Shown here piece by piece: positions 25,724 through 34,416 of a stretch of DNA of 64,000 nt; the stretch's first letter is position 1; each line of letters begins with the position of its first letter. The position numbers and the translations under genes were made by a program. The notes below the pieces were generated by a model that worked only from the letters and a program-made list of their open reading frames with translations, searched no databases and was not told where the DNA came from. Source of the DNA: Bacteroidota bacterium (GTDB lineage: Bacteria; Bacteroidota; Bacteroidia; Chitinophagales; Chitinophagaceae); assembly GCA_947453145.1 (NCBI GenBank), contig CANGFA010000012.1, forward strand, positions 4,291 to 68,290. Direction: 5' to 3'.

Positions 25724-26734
25724 ATGCGTATAATAAAAATTGTTTTGATTTTACTTTTTGTGAATCAACAATTAACAGCTCAAAATTCTATTAAAATCTT
25801 AACCGAAAAAAAGGGGGTTAGTTTAAGAGGCTTGTCGGTTGCATCAGAAACCATCATCTGGGCAAGTGGCAGTAAGGGGAGCGTTGTAAAATCGTTGAAT
25901 GGGGGTGAGCGTTTTGAATGGATGCAAGTTAAAGGATATGAAAACAGAGATTTTAGAGGTATTTATGCTTGGGGGGCCAATGAAGCATTAATTGTTGCAG
26001 TAGCTGCACCTGCTGTCATCTTAAAAACATTTGATGGTGGATTAAATTGGCAAAAAGTTTATGAAAATAAGGATACGAGCATGTTCCTTGATGCGGTTTC
26101 TTTTCAAGATGAGCAGGTGGGAGCTGTAATTGGTGATCCAATTAATGACACTATTTTTTTATTGACCACGGAAGATAAAGGAGCGCATTGGAACAAAGTA
26201 AAGAGTAGTTTTTGGAAATCAAAAGTGCAGTCAGGTGAAGCATTTTTTGCATCAAGTAACAGCAATATTGGCTTCTTAAATAATAGCATTGTTTTTGTAT
26301 CAGGTGGAATCAAAAGTAGAATTTGGATAGATGGAACAGCAATGCCATTATTCATGATGGAAGGAGGAAAATCCACTGGTGCAAATAGTATTGACATTTC
26401 ACCATATGGAGATAAAATGATTATTGTTGGTGGAGATTTTATGAAGGATACAGTTACTTATGATGTCGCGCGCGCATTTAATAAAAATGGGAAAGCTTTT
26501 CAAATAAATACAAATTTTACGATGCCTCACGGATATAGATCTTCTGTAAATTTTATAGACAATAATTTTGTAGTAGCTGCCGGGACATCGGGTGTTGATA
26601 TTTCAAAAGACGCAGGTAAGAATTGGAATTTTATTTCAAATCAAAGTTTTCATGTTGTTCAACATCAGCCCGGCCGAAAAGCTGCATTTTTTGCAGGGTC
26701 GGGTGGGAGAATTGGCTACTTAAGTTTTGAATAA
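25724..26734 (+). CDS. YCF48/BNR-repeat beta-propeller protein (periplasmic)
   Basis: Signal peptide (LTA|Q) and Asp-box repeats KSLNGGERF, KTFDGGLNW, TEDKGAHW and SKDAGKNW. Confidence 0.82.
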   Translation: MRIIKIVLILLFVNQQLTAQNSIKILTEKKGVSLRGLSVASETIIWASGSKGSVVKSLNGGERFEWMQVKGYENRDFRGIYAWGANEALIVAVAAPAVILKTFDGGLNWQKVYENKDTSMFLDAVSFQDEQVGAVIGDPINDTIFLLTTEDKGAHWNKVKSSFWKSKVQSGEAFFASSNSNIGFLNNSIVFVSGGIKSRIWIDGTAMPLFMMEGGKSTGANSIDISPYGDKMIIVGGDFMKDTVTYDVARAFNKNGKAFQINTNFTMPHGYRSSVNFIDNNFVVAAGTSGVDISKDAGKNWNFISNQSFHVVQHQPGRKAAFFAGSGGRIGYLSFE

Positions 26735-26786
26735 TTTATAGAATTTCATTTTTTGTTTTGTTATACATGACTTAACTTAGAGTTTA

Positions 26787-27077
26787 ATGAAAAAGTATCA
26801 AGCAATCATATCTTTTGAAATGGACGAGGAATTTATGACCTTGGTTCCTCCGCATCGTACTTATATCAATTTTCTATTGAATAAAGGAACCATTGATAGC
26901 TATGCAGTAAGCATGGAAACTTTGACCTCTTGGATAACCATTAATGCAAATACGAAGAAAGAGGTTAAGGAAATCCTTGAAAAATCCCCATTAGCTAAAT
27001 ACTGGACCTTTGAAATATGCGAGTTATTCGTTTATGATAGCCAATCTACAAGGCTTCCAGCTGTACAATTAAATTAA
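26787..27077 (+). CDS. Muconolactone-isomerase/YciI-like dimeric alpha-beta barrel protein
   Basis: 96 aa, with LVPPHRTYINFLL...SYAVS...W and SPLAKY motifs. Confidence 0.6.
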   Translation: MKKYQAIISFEMDEEFMTLVPPHRTYINFLLNKGTIDSYAVSMETLTSWITINANTKKEVKEILEKSPLAKYWTFEICELFVYDSQSTRLPAVQLN

Positions 27078-27112
27078 TTACCTTTTTTTTTGGGAGTTTA
27101 AGAATTGCCCCT

Positions 27113-27120
27113 TATTTTTG
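27113..27120 (+). promoter_or_regulatory. -7 element (TATTTTTG) for tRNA-Val
   Basis: Exact consensus 20 nt upstream of the tRNA. Confidence 0.65.
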
Positions 27121-27140
27121 CACTCCTCAAAAGGGAAAAA

Positions 27141-27215
27141 GGGAGCATAGCTCAGTTGGTTCAGAGCATCTCGTTTACACCGAGAGGGTCCGCGGTTCGA
27201 GCCCGTGTGCTCCCA
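27141..27215 (+). tRNA. tRNA-Val(UAC), CCA not encoded
   Basis: GGGAGCA-TA-GCTCAGTTGGTTCAGAGC-A-TCTCG-TTTACAC-CGAGA-GGGTC-CGCGG-TTCGAGC-CCGTG-TGCTCCC-A. Confidence 0.97.
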
Positions 27216-27220
27216 CAAAG

Positions 27221-27258
27221 AATCCTCAACTTATCAAACAGATAGTTGGGGATTTTTG
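27221..27258 (+). terminator. Terminator after tRNA-Val
   Basis: AATCCTCAAC-T-TATC-AAACA-GATA-GTTGGGGATT followed by a T run. Confidence 0.7.
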
Positions 27259-27285
27259 CTTTTTTAGCCTTTACCATAATTGAAC

Positions 27286-27293
27286 TAAGTTTG
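27286..27293 (+). promoter_or_regulatory. -7 element (TAAGTTTG) for the THUMP methyltransferase
   Basis: Exact consensus, 4 nt before the ATG. Confidence 0.62.
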
Positions 27294-27297
27294 CCTT

Positions 27298-28491
27298 ATG
27301 CAAGTATTTACCACCCGCAATAAAATTATCATTACCTGTAATAAATGGTTGGCGCCTGCTTTAAGGGCAGAAGTCATTGGACTCGGTTTTGATGTGGACC
27401 GTGTTTTTCAAACCGGTGTAGAATTAACGGGTACAGTAAACGATTGTATAAGGTTAAATCTTAACCTGCGTTGTGCAAGTCAGGTAATGTATTCTTTGAA
27501 AACATTTATATGCAATGATCCGGATGAATTACATAAGAACATAGTGACCATTCCTTGGGAGACCATGATTAAACCTGACGGTTACTTTTCGGTAATTAGC
27601 AATGTGTTTAATGATACCATATCTACTAATTTGTTTGCAAATTTAAGAGTGAAAGATGCAGTGGTGGATAGAATGCGTGAGGTGAGTGGAAAACGTCCAT
27701 CCACGGGTTCGGAATTATCGGGTGCTGTAGTATATTTATTTTGGAAAAATGACGAAGCAGAAATCTTTTTAGATACTTCTGGAGATTCATTAGCACGACA
27801 TGGATATCGTAAACTACCAGGTAGAGCGCCCATGTTGGAAGCTTTGGCTGCAGCAACCATTTTATCAACTAAATGGAACAAGTTTGGCGCTTTTGTAAAC
27901 CCTATGTGTGGTTCTGGTACGCTGGCTATTGAAGCAGCATTAATAGCAACAAAAAGAGCGCCTGGTTTATTTAGAATCAACTATGCCTTTATGCATTTGA
28001 TAGGGTATGATAACGCTGTTTATGAAAAGGAAAGAAAAATTATTGAAGAGCAAGTAAGGCATTTACCCAATTTAGTAATTATCGCGTCTGATATAAGCAG
28101 AGATGCCATTAAAGTTGCAAAAATCAATGCGTCTGTGGCGGGAGTGGAAGATTTAATTGATTTTCAAGTGTGTGATTTTGAAGCAACTGAAATGCCTGAG
28201 CCTGAAGAAGGAGCCATTGTCATGATTAATCCAGAATATGGTGAAAGGTTAGGCGAAGAATTAGAACTTGAAGCCACCTATGCAAGAATAGGTGATTATA
28301 TGAAGAACAAGTGTAAGGGCATGACCGGATATATTTTCACTGGCAATTTAGAATTGGCAAAAAAAATTCGTTTGAAGCCAAGTAGGCGCATAGAATTTTT
28401 AAATGCAAAAATAGATTGCAGATTATTAGAGTATGAATTATACGCAGGTACTAAAAGAACAGATAAAGGCGAAACGCCCCCAGCTGCTTAA
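27298..28491 (+). CDS. THUMP-domain class I SAM RNA methyltransferase (RlmL-like m2G methylase)
   Basis: LDTSGDSLARHGYR, APMLEALAA, VNPMCGSGTLAIEA and INPEYGERL. Confidence 0.88.
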   Translation: MQVFTTRNKIIITCNKWLAPALRAEVIGLGFDVDRVFQTGVELTGTVNDCIRLNLNLRCASQVMYSLKTFICNDPDELHKNIVTIPWETMIKPDGYFSVISNVFNDTISTNLFANLRVKDAVVDRMREVSGKRPSTGSELSGAVVYLFWKNDEAEIFLDTSGDSLARHGYRKLPGRAPMLEALAAATILSTKWNKFGAFVNPMCGSGTLAIEAALIATKRAPGLFRINYAFMHLIGYDNAVYEKERKIIEEQVRHLPNLVIIASDISRDAIKVAKINASVAGVEDLIDFQVCDFEATEMPEPEEGAIVMINPEYGERLGEELELEATYARIGDYMKNKCKGMTGYIFTGNLELAKKIRLKPSRRIEFLNAKIDCRLLEYELYAGTKRTDKGETPPAA

Positions 28492-28530
28492 TTAGTAAAT
28501 ATTGTGTTGCTAATTGAGAATTTATAGAAA

Positions 28531-29397
28531 TTAATACCTGAATTTAAATTGACTTTCTAATACCTTAACTTGAATATCTTTTGCGTATATTAATTCTCCA
28601 TCTACCTGAATGGGCATTTCTTCTTTACACTGAATAGTAAATGCTTTTCCTAATGATTGTTTCACAAAAGGTAAATGCATATGCTTGCCTTTTTTAATGA
28701 TGGGTAAGTAAATTAGACGTTTCCATACGGGCAAAGTTTCGCATAATACCATATCTAATTTTCCGTCATTAATATTAGCATTGGGCGCAATGTAAAATCC
28801 ACCCCCAGCTCTTGAGGAATTTACAATGAGTGCCAATAAATATTTTCCATGAAATTGACCCTGTTCAGTTTGAATTGAAAATTCTTTTTCTTTAAAACTT
28901 AGTATTTTGATAATAACGGCCAACATATAGCCAAGTTTACCACCTAAAAATCGGATGGTTTTCATGGATTTAATTATCTCGCCATCAAAACCAACGCCCA
29001 TGCAATTAATGTATAATTTATTATTTACTACACCTGCATCAATGTCTTTTGGTGTTGCTTGAATTACTTGGTTAAAGCGTTCCGCTAAATTTGAATCGCC
29101 ATATAATTTCCAAGCAAAATCGTTTCCGGTTCCGCCATTAAATAAAGCAAGATTTTTTTTACACGCTGGGTATTTGTTTATGAAATAATTAATTGTTCCA
29201 TCGCCTCCAATTATCCAACAATCTGTGAATTTATTCAATGTTTCATCAGTAGGCCACTCATCATTATAAATTTCATTTGTTATTTTCAATTTATGTAAGG
29301 AATCTGCTAGCCAATAAGCAGTTTTCAGGGCTTTGCCATCTCCAGCTTTTGGGTTTGCTAATATTGCTACTTTTTTTATGGATGTTTGTTGTGCCAT
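28531..29397 (-). CDS. Diacylglycerol/lipid kinase family protein (YegS/BmrU)
   Basis: LANPKAG, IIGGDGTIN, GGTGNDFA and IQVDGE. Confidence 0.9.
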   Translation of the reverse strand: MAQQTSIKKVAILANPKAGDGKALKTAYWLADSLHKLKITNEIYNDEWPTDETLNKFTDCWIIGGDGTINYFINKYPACKKNLALFNGGTGNDFAWKLYGDSNLAERFNQVIQATPKDIDAGVVNNKLYINCMGVGFDGEIIKSMKTIRFLGGKLGYMLAVIIKILSFKEKEFSIQTEQGQFHGKYLLALIVNSSRAGGGFYIAPNANINDGKLDMVLCETLPVWKRLIYLPIIKKGKHMHLPFVKQSLGKAFTIQCKEEMPIQVDGELIYAKDIQVKVLESQFKFRY

Positions 29398-29427
29398 TGA
29401 TATATGAACGCAATTTATGTTAAATAA

Positions 29428-30597
29428 TTAAGCGTATAACAAGTAGGGCTCAATTGCGTTTCTCCAATCTTCTACCCTTAATATCATTGTTATTTTTTGT
29501 AACCAATGTTGTAGTGGCAATTCAAAAATGGCTTCTGCATTGGGGATACCTAATAACAAGGATAAGTGATTGGTGCCTGATGGATTGGCATTTGTTGGGT
29601 AAGGCATCCATTTAAATTCTTTTGGATGAATATCTTTAATAATTTTTAAAAGTAATAATCCATTTAATACTGCATTATAATTTTGTGGTTCAATTACTTT
29701 AATATGAATTCCTTTTGTATCAATACTGCCCTCTTTATTAGTTAATGGTAATGTTAAATTTTCAATTACGATATCCTCTTTTAGTATATTTTGACAGACC
29801 ATATTAATTGCAGGTTGGTTAAACCAATTTGCTCCTATCCATTCAAATGCGGATTTTGTTCCACGTCCAACAGATACATTGGTTGCTTCAAAAAAACAAA
29901 GTCCAGGATACATTAAAGCTGCTTCTATATTCTGCAAAGCTGGTGAAGGATTCGTCCAGCGAATATTCCATTTAAAAAATAAATCTTCTCTATGCCAAAC
30001 TTCCGTTTTTATAACGGTTAATTGCGCATTCCAAGATTGTGTTTTATTAAAATAGTTAGCTAGCTCTCCTAATGTGCACTGATGCTTTACTGGAATATTA
30101 AACCTTCCAATAAAACTAGACATTTCAGCATCCAACATAGGCCCTTCACTCATGTTTATACTTCCGCCTAGTGGGTTAGGCCTATCTAATATCACTACTT
30201 GCTTATTATATTTTGCTGCTGCTTCAATCCAATAAGTCATCGACCATAAATAAGTATAAAAACGGGTACCCGCATCTGGAATATCAAATAACATAATGTC
30301 GATATCAGCTAATTCTGCATTTGTTGGCATAAACTTATCACCGTATAAACTTACTATGGGAAGGCCTGTTTTTTCATCTATGCCATCTTTCATAAATGCA
30401 CCATCTGTTCCTTTTGCATCCATACCATGTTCGGGTGAAAATAATTTAACCAATTGGAAGCCTTCATTTTTCAAGGCGACTCTGCTAATTATTCCCGTAT
30501 TTGTTTTTGCAGCATTATTGGTTAGCATGCCAATTCGTTTTGATTTCCAATCTGGCTTATTTTTTAAAACAATATCTATTCCAAATTGTATGGGCAT
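29428..30597 (-). CDS. Exo-beta-N-acetylmuramidase NamZ family (DUF1343)
   Basis: LFSPEHG, VSLYG, FDIPDAGTRFYTY, LDRPNPLG, CTLGELA, PSPAL and VSVGRGT. Confidence 0.88.
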   Translation of the reverse strand: MPIQFGIDIVLKNKPDWKSKRIGMLTNNAAKTNTGIISRVALKNEGFQLVKLFSPEHGMDAKGTDGAFMKDGIDEKTGLPIVSLYGDKFMPTNAELADIDIMLFDIPDAGTRFYTYLWSMTYWIEAAAKYNKQVVILDRPNPLGGSINMSEGPMLDAEMSSFIGRFNIPVKHQCTLGELANYFNKTQSWNAQLTVIKTEVWHREDLFFKWNIRWTNPSPALQNIEAALMYPGLCFFEATNVSVGRGTKSAFEWIGANWFNQPAINMVCQNILKEDIVIENLTLPLTNKEGSIDTKGIHIKVIEPQNYNAVLNGLLLLKIIKDIHPKEFKWMPYPTNANPSGTNHLSLLLGIPNAEAIFELPLQHWLQKITMILRVEDWRNAIEPYLLYA

Positions 30598-30628
30598 ACT
30601 CCAATTTTATTGGTATTAATGTTGAAAA

Positions 30629-31261
30629 TTAAGATTGGTTTTTAAAACCAGTATCAGTTTTCAATGTTTCCATTACATTAAAAATAATGGGACACCTGTC
30701 ATAATGCATATAGGTTGTAAATAATCTTTTATTAAAATCGGGTACATGAAATGCAGGGAATTCTTTGCAGCCTGCGAACCTGTGTTCATATACACTACAA
30801 CTGTTGCCTACTAAAAAATGACAAGGGATGGCATTTACCACCATCCGACCCGATTCGCCCTTATCTAGGTATTTCGCATCAAATTCGGCCCTGGTTTGGC
30901 CTAAATGTGCGGATAAGTTATTTGCTTCCTTCTCGTCTATGTTTACCATAAGGCTTTTGCAACAGTTGCCGCAATCGGTACATTCAATTTTAGGGGAAAT
31001 GGCTTCGGAAAGCTCAAAAACAGCTTTATCTAGGCTTAAACTGTCCAAATTCCTTAAAAAATCCTGAAATTGGAGGTTTTCTGCTGCTAATTCATTGGCC
31101 TTGATTTTTATAATTTCAAGGTCTGTAATTGGATATGTTGCTGCGTTTTTGATGGGATAAAGATAATGCTTTAATCCTTTTATCCACATTTGCCCATTTT
31201 TGACAATTTTTAGATTGCAAAACTTACGTGGAGCATTAGATTTGCAGCTAGACTGGGGCAT
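30629..31261 (-). CDS. YkgJ family Cys-cluster (Fe-S/Zn) protein (start uncertain, probably 31189 or later)
   Basis: CTDCGNCC...[22 protein letters not shown]. Confidence 0.85.
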   Translation of the reverse strand: MPQSSCKSNAPRKFCNLKIVKNGQMWIKGLKHYLYPIKNAATYPITDLEIIKIKANELAAENLQFQDFLRNLDSLSLDKAVFELSEAISPKIECTDCGNCCKSLMVNIDEKEANNLSAHLGQTRAEFDAKYLDKGESGRMVVNAIPCHFLVGNSCSVYEHRFAGCKEFPAFHVPDFNKRLFTTYMHYDRCPIIFNVMETLKTDTGFKNQS

Positions 31262-31287
31262 TTTATGCCCATAAAGTATTGATAATT

Positions 31288-33183
31288 ATGGCAGAAGCAA
31301 AGATCGGGGCAGAGTATAACGAAGACTCCATTAGGTCACTTGACTGGAAAGAACATATTCGTTTACGTCCAGGTATGTATATTGGTAAATTAGGAGATGG
31401 TACCGCTCCTGATGATGGTATTTATGTTTTAATTAAAGAGGTAATTGATAACTGTATTGATGAACATACTATGGGGTATGGTAAGCAGGTTGAAATTTCT
31501 ATTCAAGATAAAACAGTTACTATTCGTGACTACGGTCGTGGAATTCCTTTAGGTAAAATTGTAGATGTAGTTAGTAAAATAAATACAGGTGCAAAATACG
31601 ATAGTAAGGCTTTCCAAAAATCGGTGGGATTGAATGGTGTAGGTACCAAGGCAGTGAATGCATTAAGCGAGGATTTTACAGTCACTGCTTTTAGAGAAGG
31701 GAAGTGTCGCTCTGCCACTTTTCAGAAAGGCCAATTAATTAACGAGACTAAGGAAACAAAAACCACGGAGCAAAATGGGACTTTAGTAAGTTTTACACCG
31801 GATGCAACGGTGTTTAAAAATTATCATTTCATATACGAATATATTGAAAGCCAACTTTGGAATTATTGTTATTTGAATGCGGGTTTAGTGATTCATTTTA
31901 ACGATAAAAAGTTTGTAAGTAAAAATGGCTTGTTGGATTTATTGGAACGCAAAACCAATCCTGATGAGTTGCGATATCCAATCATGCACTTAACTGGAGA
32001 GGATATAGAAGTAGCCATTTCACATAACAATGATTATGGTGAAGATATTTTCTCTTTTGTGAATGGTCAGTATACTACACAAGGTGGTACACATCAGCAA
32101 GCATTTAGAGAAGCTTACGTAAAAGTGATTCGTGATTTTTATAAAAAAGATTATGAGGCTTCAGATATTAGAACCAGTATTGTGGCAGCAGTTTCGGTGC
32201 GTGTACAAGAGCCTGTTTTTGAGAGTCAAACCAAAACTAAGTTAGGTTCTCAAAATGTGGCAGACGGCGGACCAAGTATGAAGAATTTTGTCACTGAGTT
32301 TTTAGCTAAAGAACTTGATAATTTTTTACATAGAAATCCAAATGTAGCTGATGCCCTCAAAAAAAGAATTGAGCAAAATGAACGTGAGCGTAAAGAATTA
32401 GCAGGTATTAAAAAATTGGCAAATGAAAGAGCTAAGAAAGCGAATCTGCATAATAAAAAATTGAGAGACTGTCGCGTGCATTTAAATGACGATTTACCTT
32501 CTAAGAACAAGGAAATGTTTATTGCTACACAAAAAGCAAGTACTTTGTTTATTACCGAAGGGGACTCTGCTAGTGGTAGTATTACCAAGTCTCGTAACGT
32601 AGATACCCAAGCGGTATTTAGTTTAAGGGGTAAGCCTTTGAATGCTTTTGGTTTAACTAAGAAAGTGGTTTACGAAAATGAAGAGTTTAACTTATTGCAA
32701 CATGCGTTGAATATTGAGGAAGGTTTAGAAGGGTTGCGTTATAACAATATTGTAATTGCTACGGATGCCGACGTGGACGGAATGCACATTCGTTTATTGA
32801 TGCTTACTTTCTTTTTACAATTCTTCCCTGATTTGGTAAAACGAGGTCATGTATTTGTTTTAGAAACACCACTTTTCCGCGTAAGAAATAAGCAAAAAAC
32901 CATTTATTGTTACGATGAAGCTGAAAAGCAAAAAGCAATTAGTGAGTTAGGTAGTAAACCCGAAATTACAAGGTTCAAAGGATTGGGTGAGATTAGCCCC
33001 GAAGAGTTTGGTAAGTTTATCAATGCCGATATAAAATTGGCGCCTGTTATTTTGGAACAAGGTGATCATATTCAACATTTGTTGGAGTATTATATGGGCA
33101 AAAACTCACCAGAAAGACAAGACTTTATTATCAATAATTTAAAAGTAGAATTAGACAAAGCGCATGATACACATAGTGTTTAA
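31288..33183 (+). CDS. parE: DNA topoisomerase IV subunit B
   Basis: [54 protein letters not shown] and RFKGLGE. Short C-terminus. Confidence 0.92.
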   Translation: MAEAKIGAEYNEDSIRSLDWKEHIRLRPGMYIGKLGDGTAPDDGIYVLIKEVIDNCIDEHTMGYGKQVEISIQDKTVTIRDYGRGIPLGKIVDVVSKINTGAKYDSKAFQKSVGLNGVGTKAVNALSEDFTVTAFREGKCRSATFQKGQLINETKETKTTEQNGTLVSFTPDATVFKNYHFIYEYIESQLWNYCYLNAGLVIHFNDKKFVSKNGLLDLLERKTNPDELRYPIMHLTGEDIEVAISHNNDYGEDIFSFVNGQYTTQGGTHQQAFREAYVKVIRDFYKKDYEASDIRTSIVAAVSVRVQEPVFESQTKTKLGSQNVADGGPSMKNFVTEFLAKELDNFLHRNPNVADALKKRIEQNERERKELAGIKKLANERAKKANLHNKKLRDCRVHLNDDLPSKNKEMFIATQKASTLFITEGDSASGSITKSRNVDTQAVFSLRGKPLNAFGLTKKVVYENEEFNLLQHALNIEEGLEGLRYNNIVIATDADVDGMHIRLLMLTFFLQFFPDLVKRGHVFVLETPLFRVRNKQKTIYCYDEAEKQKAISELGSKPEITRFKGLGEISPEEFGKFINADIKLAPVILEQGDHIQHLLEYYMGKNSPERQDFIINNLKVELDKAHDTHSV

Positions 33184-34003
33184 TACAGCAGATATTGCTG
33201 CCATAGAAGCTGCCATTGAATTGGACGAGACCCTAGCTGGTAAAGTTGTTGAATTTAAAGACGACTATGCTGTTGGACCATTGTTAGATATTTATGAAAC
33301 TGAAGGTTATCAAGCACGTCGTGATTGGTGGCAAAATGTTTTAGTAAACTCACCTTATACCGATCAATTAGACATTGTAGATGATAAGTTAACAGCACAT
33401 CATTTATTAAATGCATTGAATCATGATGAGAACGAAGTGATTTGGATTTGGATGGGACAAAATGCACATGACGTTTCAGGATACTACTGGTTAATGAGTC
33501 AGTTCAAAGAATACCAAGGTCGCATACAGGTTTTGTATTTGAACAATCTACCATTCTTAAATGAAAAGGGACAATTGTTTTATCCAACTTATTTAAGTCA
33601 AATTCAACCTAAAGAATTTTTGAAGGCAAAGAAATTGGCAAGACCTATTACCTTAAGTGAATTTGAATTGGATCCAGATGAGTGGAAGAAACTTTGCATG
33701 GAAAATGAAGGCATACGTTTTTTAGAAGGTGGTAAGAAGTTAGTGAGTATGAACATAGGTTGCTATGATAAAGAAATATTGTCCTTGCTTACTAAGAATG
33801 CACAAAAATTGCCTAGTGCTTTAAATAATATCATGGGTAAAATAAAAGTGAAACTGGGTGATGCATTTATTGTTTTTCGTTTAAAAGCTTTAGAAGAAGC
33901 GGGCAAGTTAGTTTTTGTAGGAGATTGGGCTAAAGGTTGGAAAGACATGGTGGTTCAAATGCCTGGTGGATCTAATGTAGTTGTTGAAGCAGAAGCCGAA
34001 TAA
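33164..34003 (+). CDS. DUF1835/DUF3658 domain protein
   Basis: MIHIVFN..., [11 protein letters not shown] and IWIW...NAHD..G motifs. Overlaps parE by 20 nt. Confidence 0.72.
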   Translation: MIHIVFNTADIAAIEAAIELDETLAGKVVEFKDDYAVGPLLDIYETEGYQARRDWWQNVLVNSPYTDQLDIVDDKLTAHHLLNALNHDENEVIWIWMGQNAHDVSGYYWLMSQFKEYQGRIQVLYLNNLPFLNEKGQLFYPTYLSQIQPKEFLKAKKLARPITLSEFELDPDEWKKLCMENEGIRFLEGGKKLVSMNIGCYDKEILSLLTKNAQKLPSALNNIMGKIKVKLGDAFIVFRLKALEEAGKLVFVGDWAKGWKDMVVQMPGGSNVVVEAEAE

Positions 34004-34015
34004 AATATAATAATA

Positions 34016-34384
34016 ATGAGTGTAACCATCAACCCAATAGATGTTAAAGCAGTGGATGAGCGCGGTGCATTACATTATTTTAGTACAGATAGAACGGGGG
34101 AATTTTTATTAGTGTATCGAAAAGCAGGAACGGTTAGTGGGCAACATTATCACAAAGGCGTTTCGGCTGGTAAAAATCCGGAAGACATGCTTTTGGTGCA
34201 AGGAACAGCAAGCTTACACTGGAAGAATTTAAAAACAAATGAGGAAGAAACGGTAGCATTGATTGCGCCTGTTAGAGTTTTGATTCAAGCAAATGTTTGG
34301 CATGCGTTAACGGCAATCACGGATATTGTTTTTGTAGAATTAAATAGTTTAGCAGACGGTAGTGAAGACACTTACCGACTATAA
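34016..34384 (+). CDS. Small cupin (WxcM/CapF C-terminal-like)
   Basis: DERG, SGQHYH, ED and VWHAL cupin metal-site pattern. Confidence 0.68.
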   Translation: MSVTINPIDVKAVDERGALHYFSTDRTGEFLLVYRKAGTVSGQHYHKGVSAGKNPEDMLLVQGTASLHWKNLKTNEEETVALIAPVRVLIQANVWHALTAITDIVFVELNSLADGSEDTYRL

Positions 34385-34416
34385 TGAACTTTAAAAAGTT
34401 CAAATTAAGATTAGTT

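Noticed and set aside
27141-28491. THUMP methyltransferase acting on the adjacent tRNA-Val (m2G6)
   Set aside because: Position 6 of this tRNA-Val is C, a terminator separates the two, and the protein looks RlmL-like.
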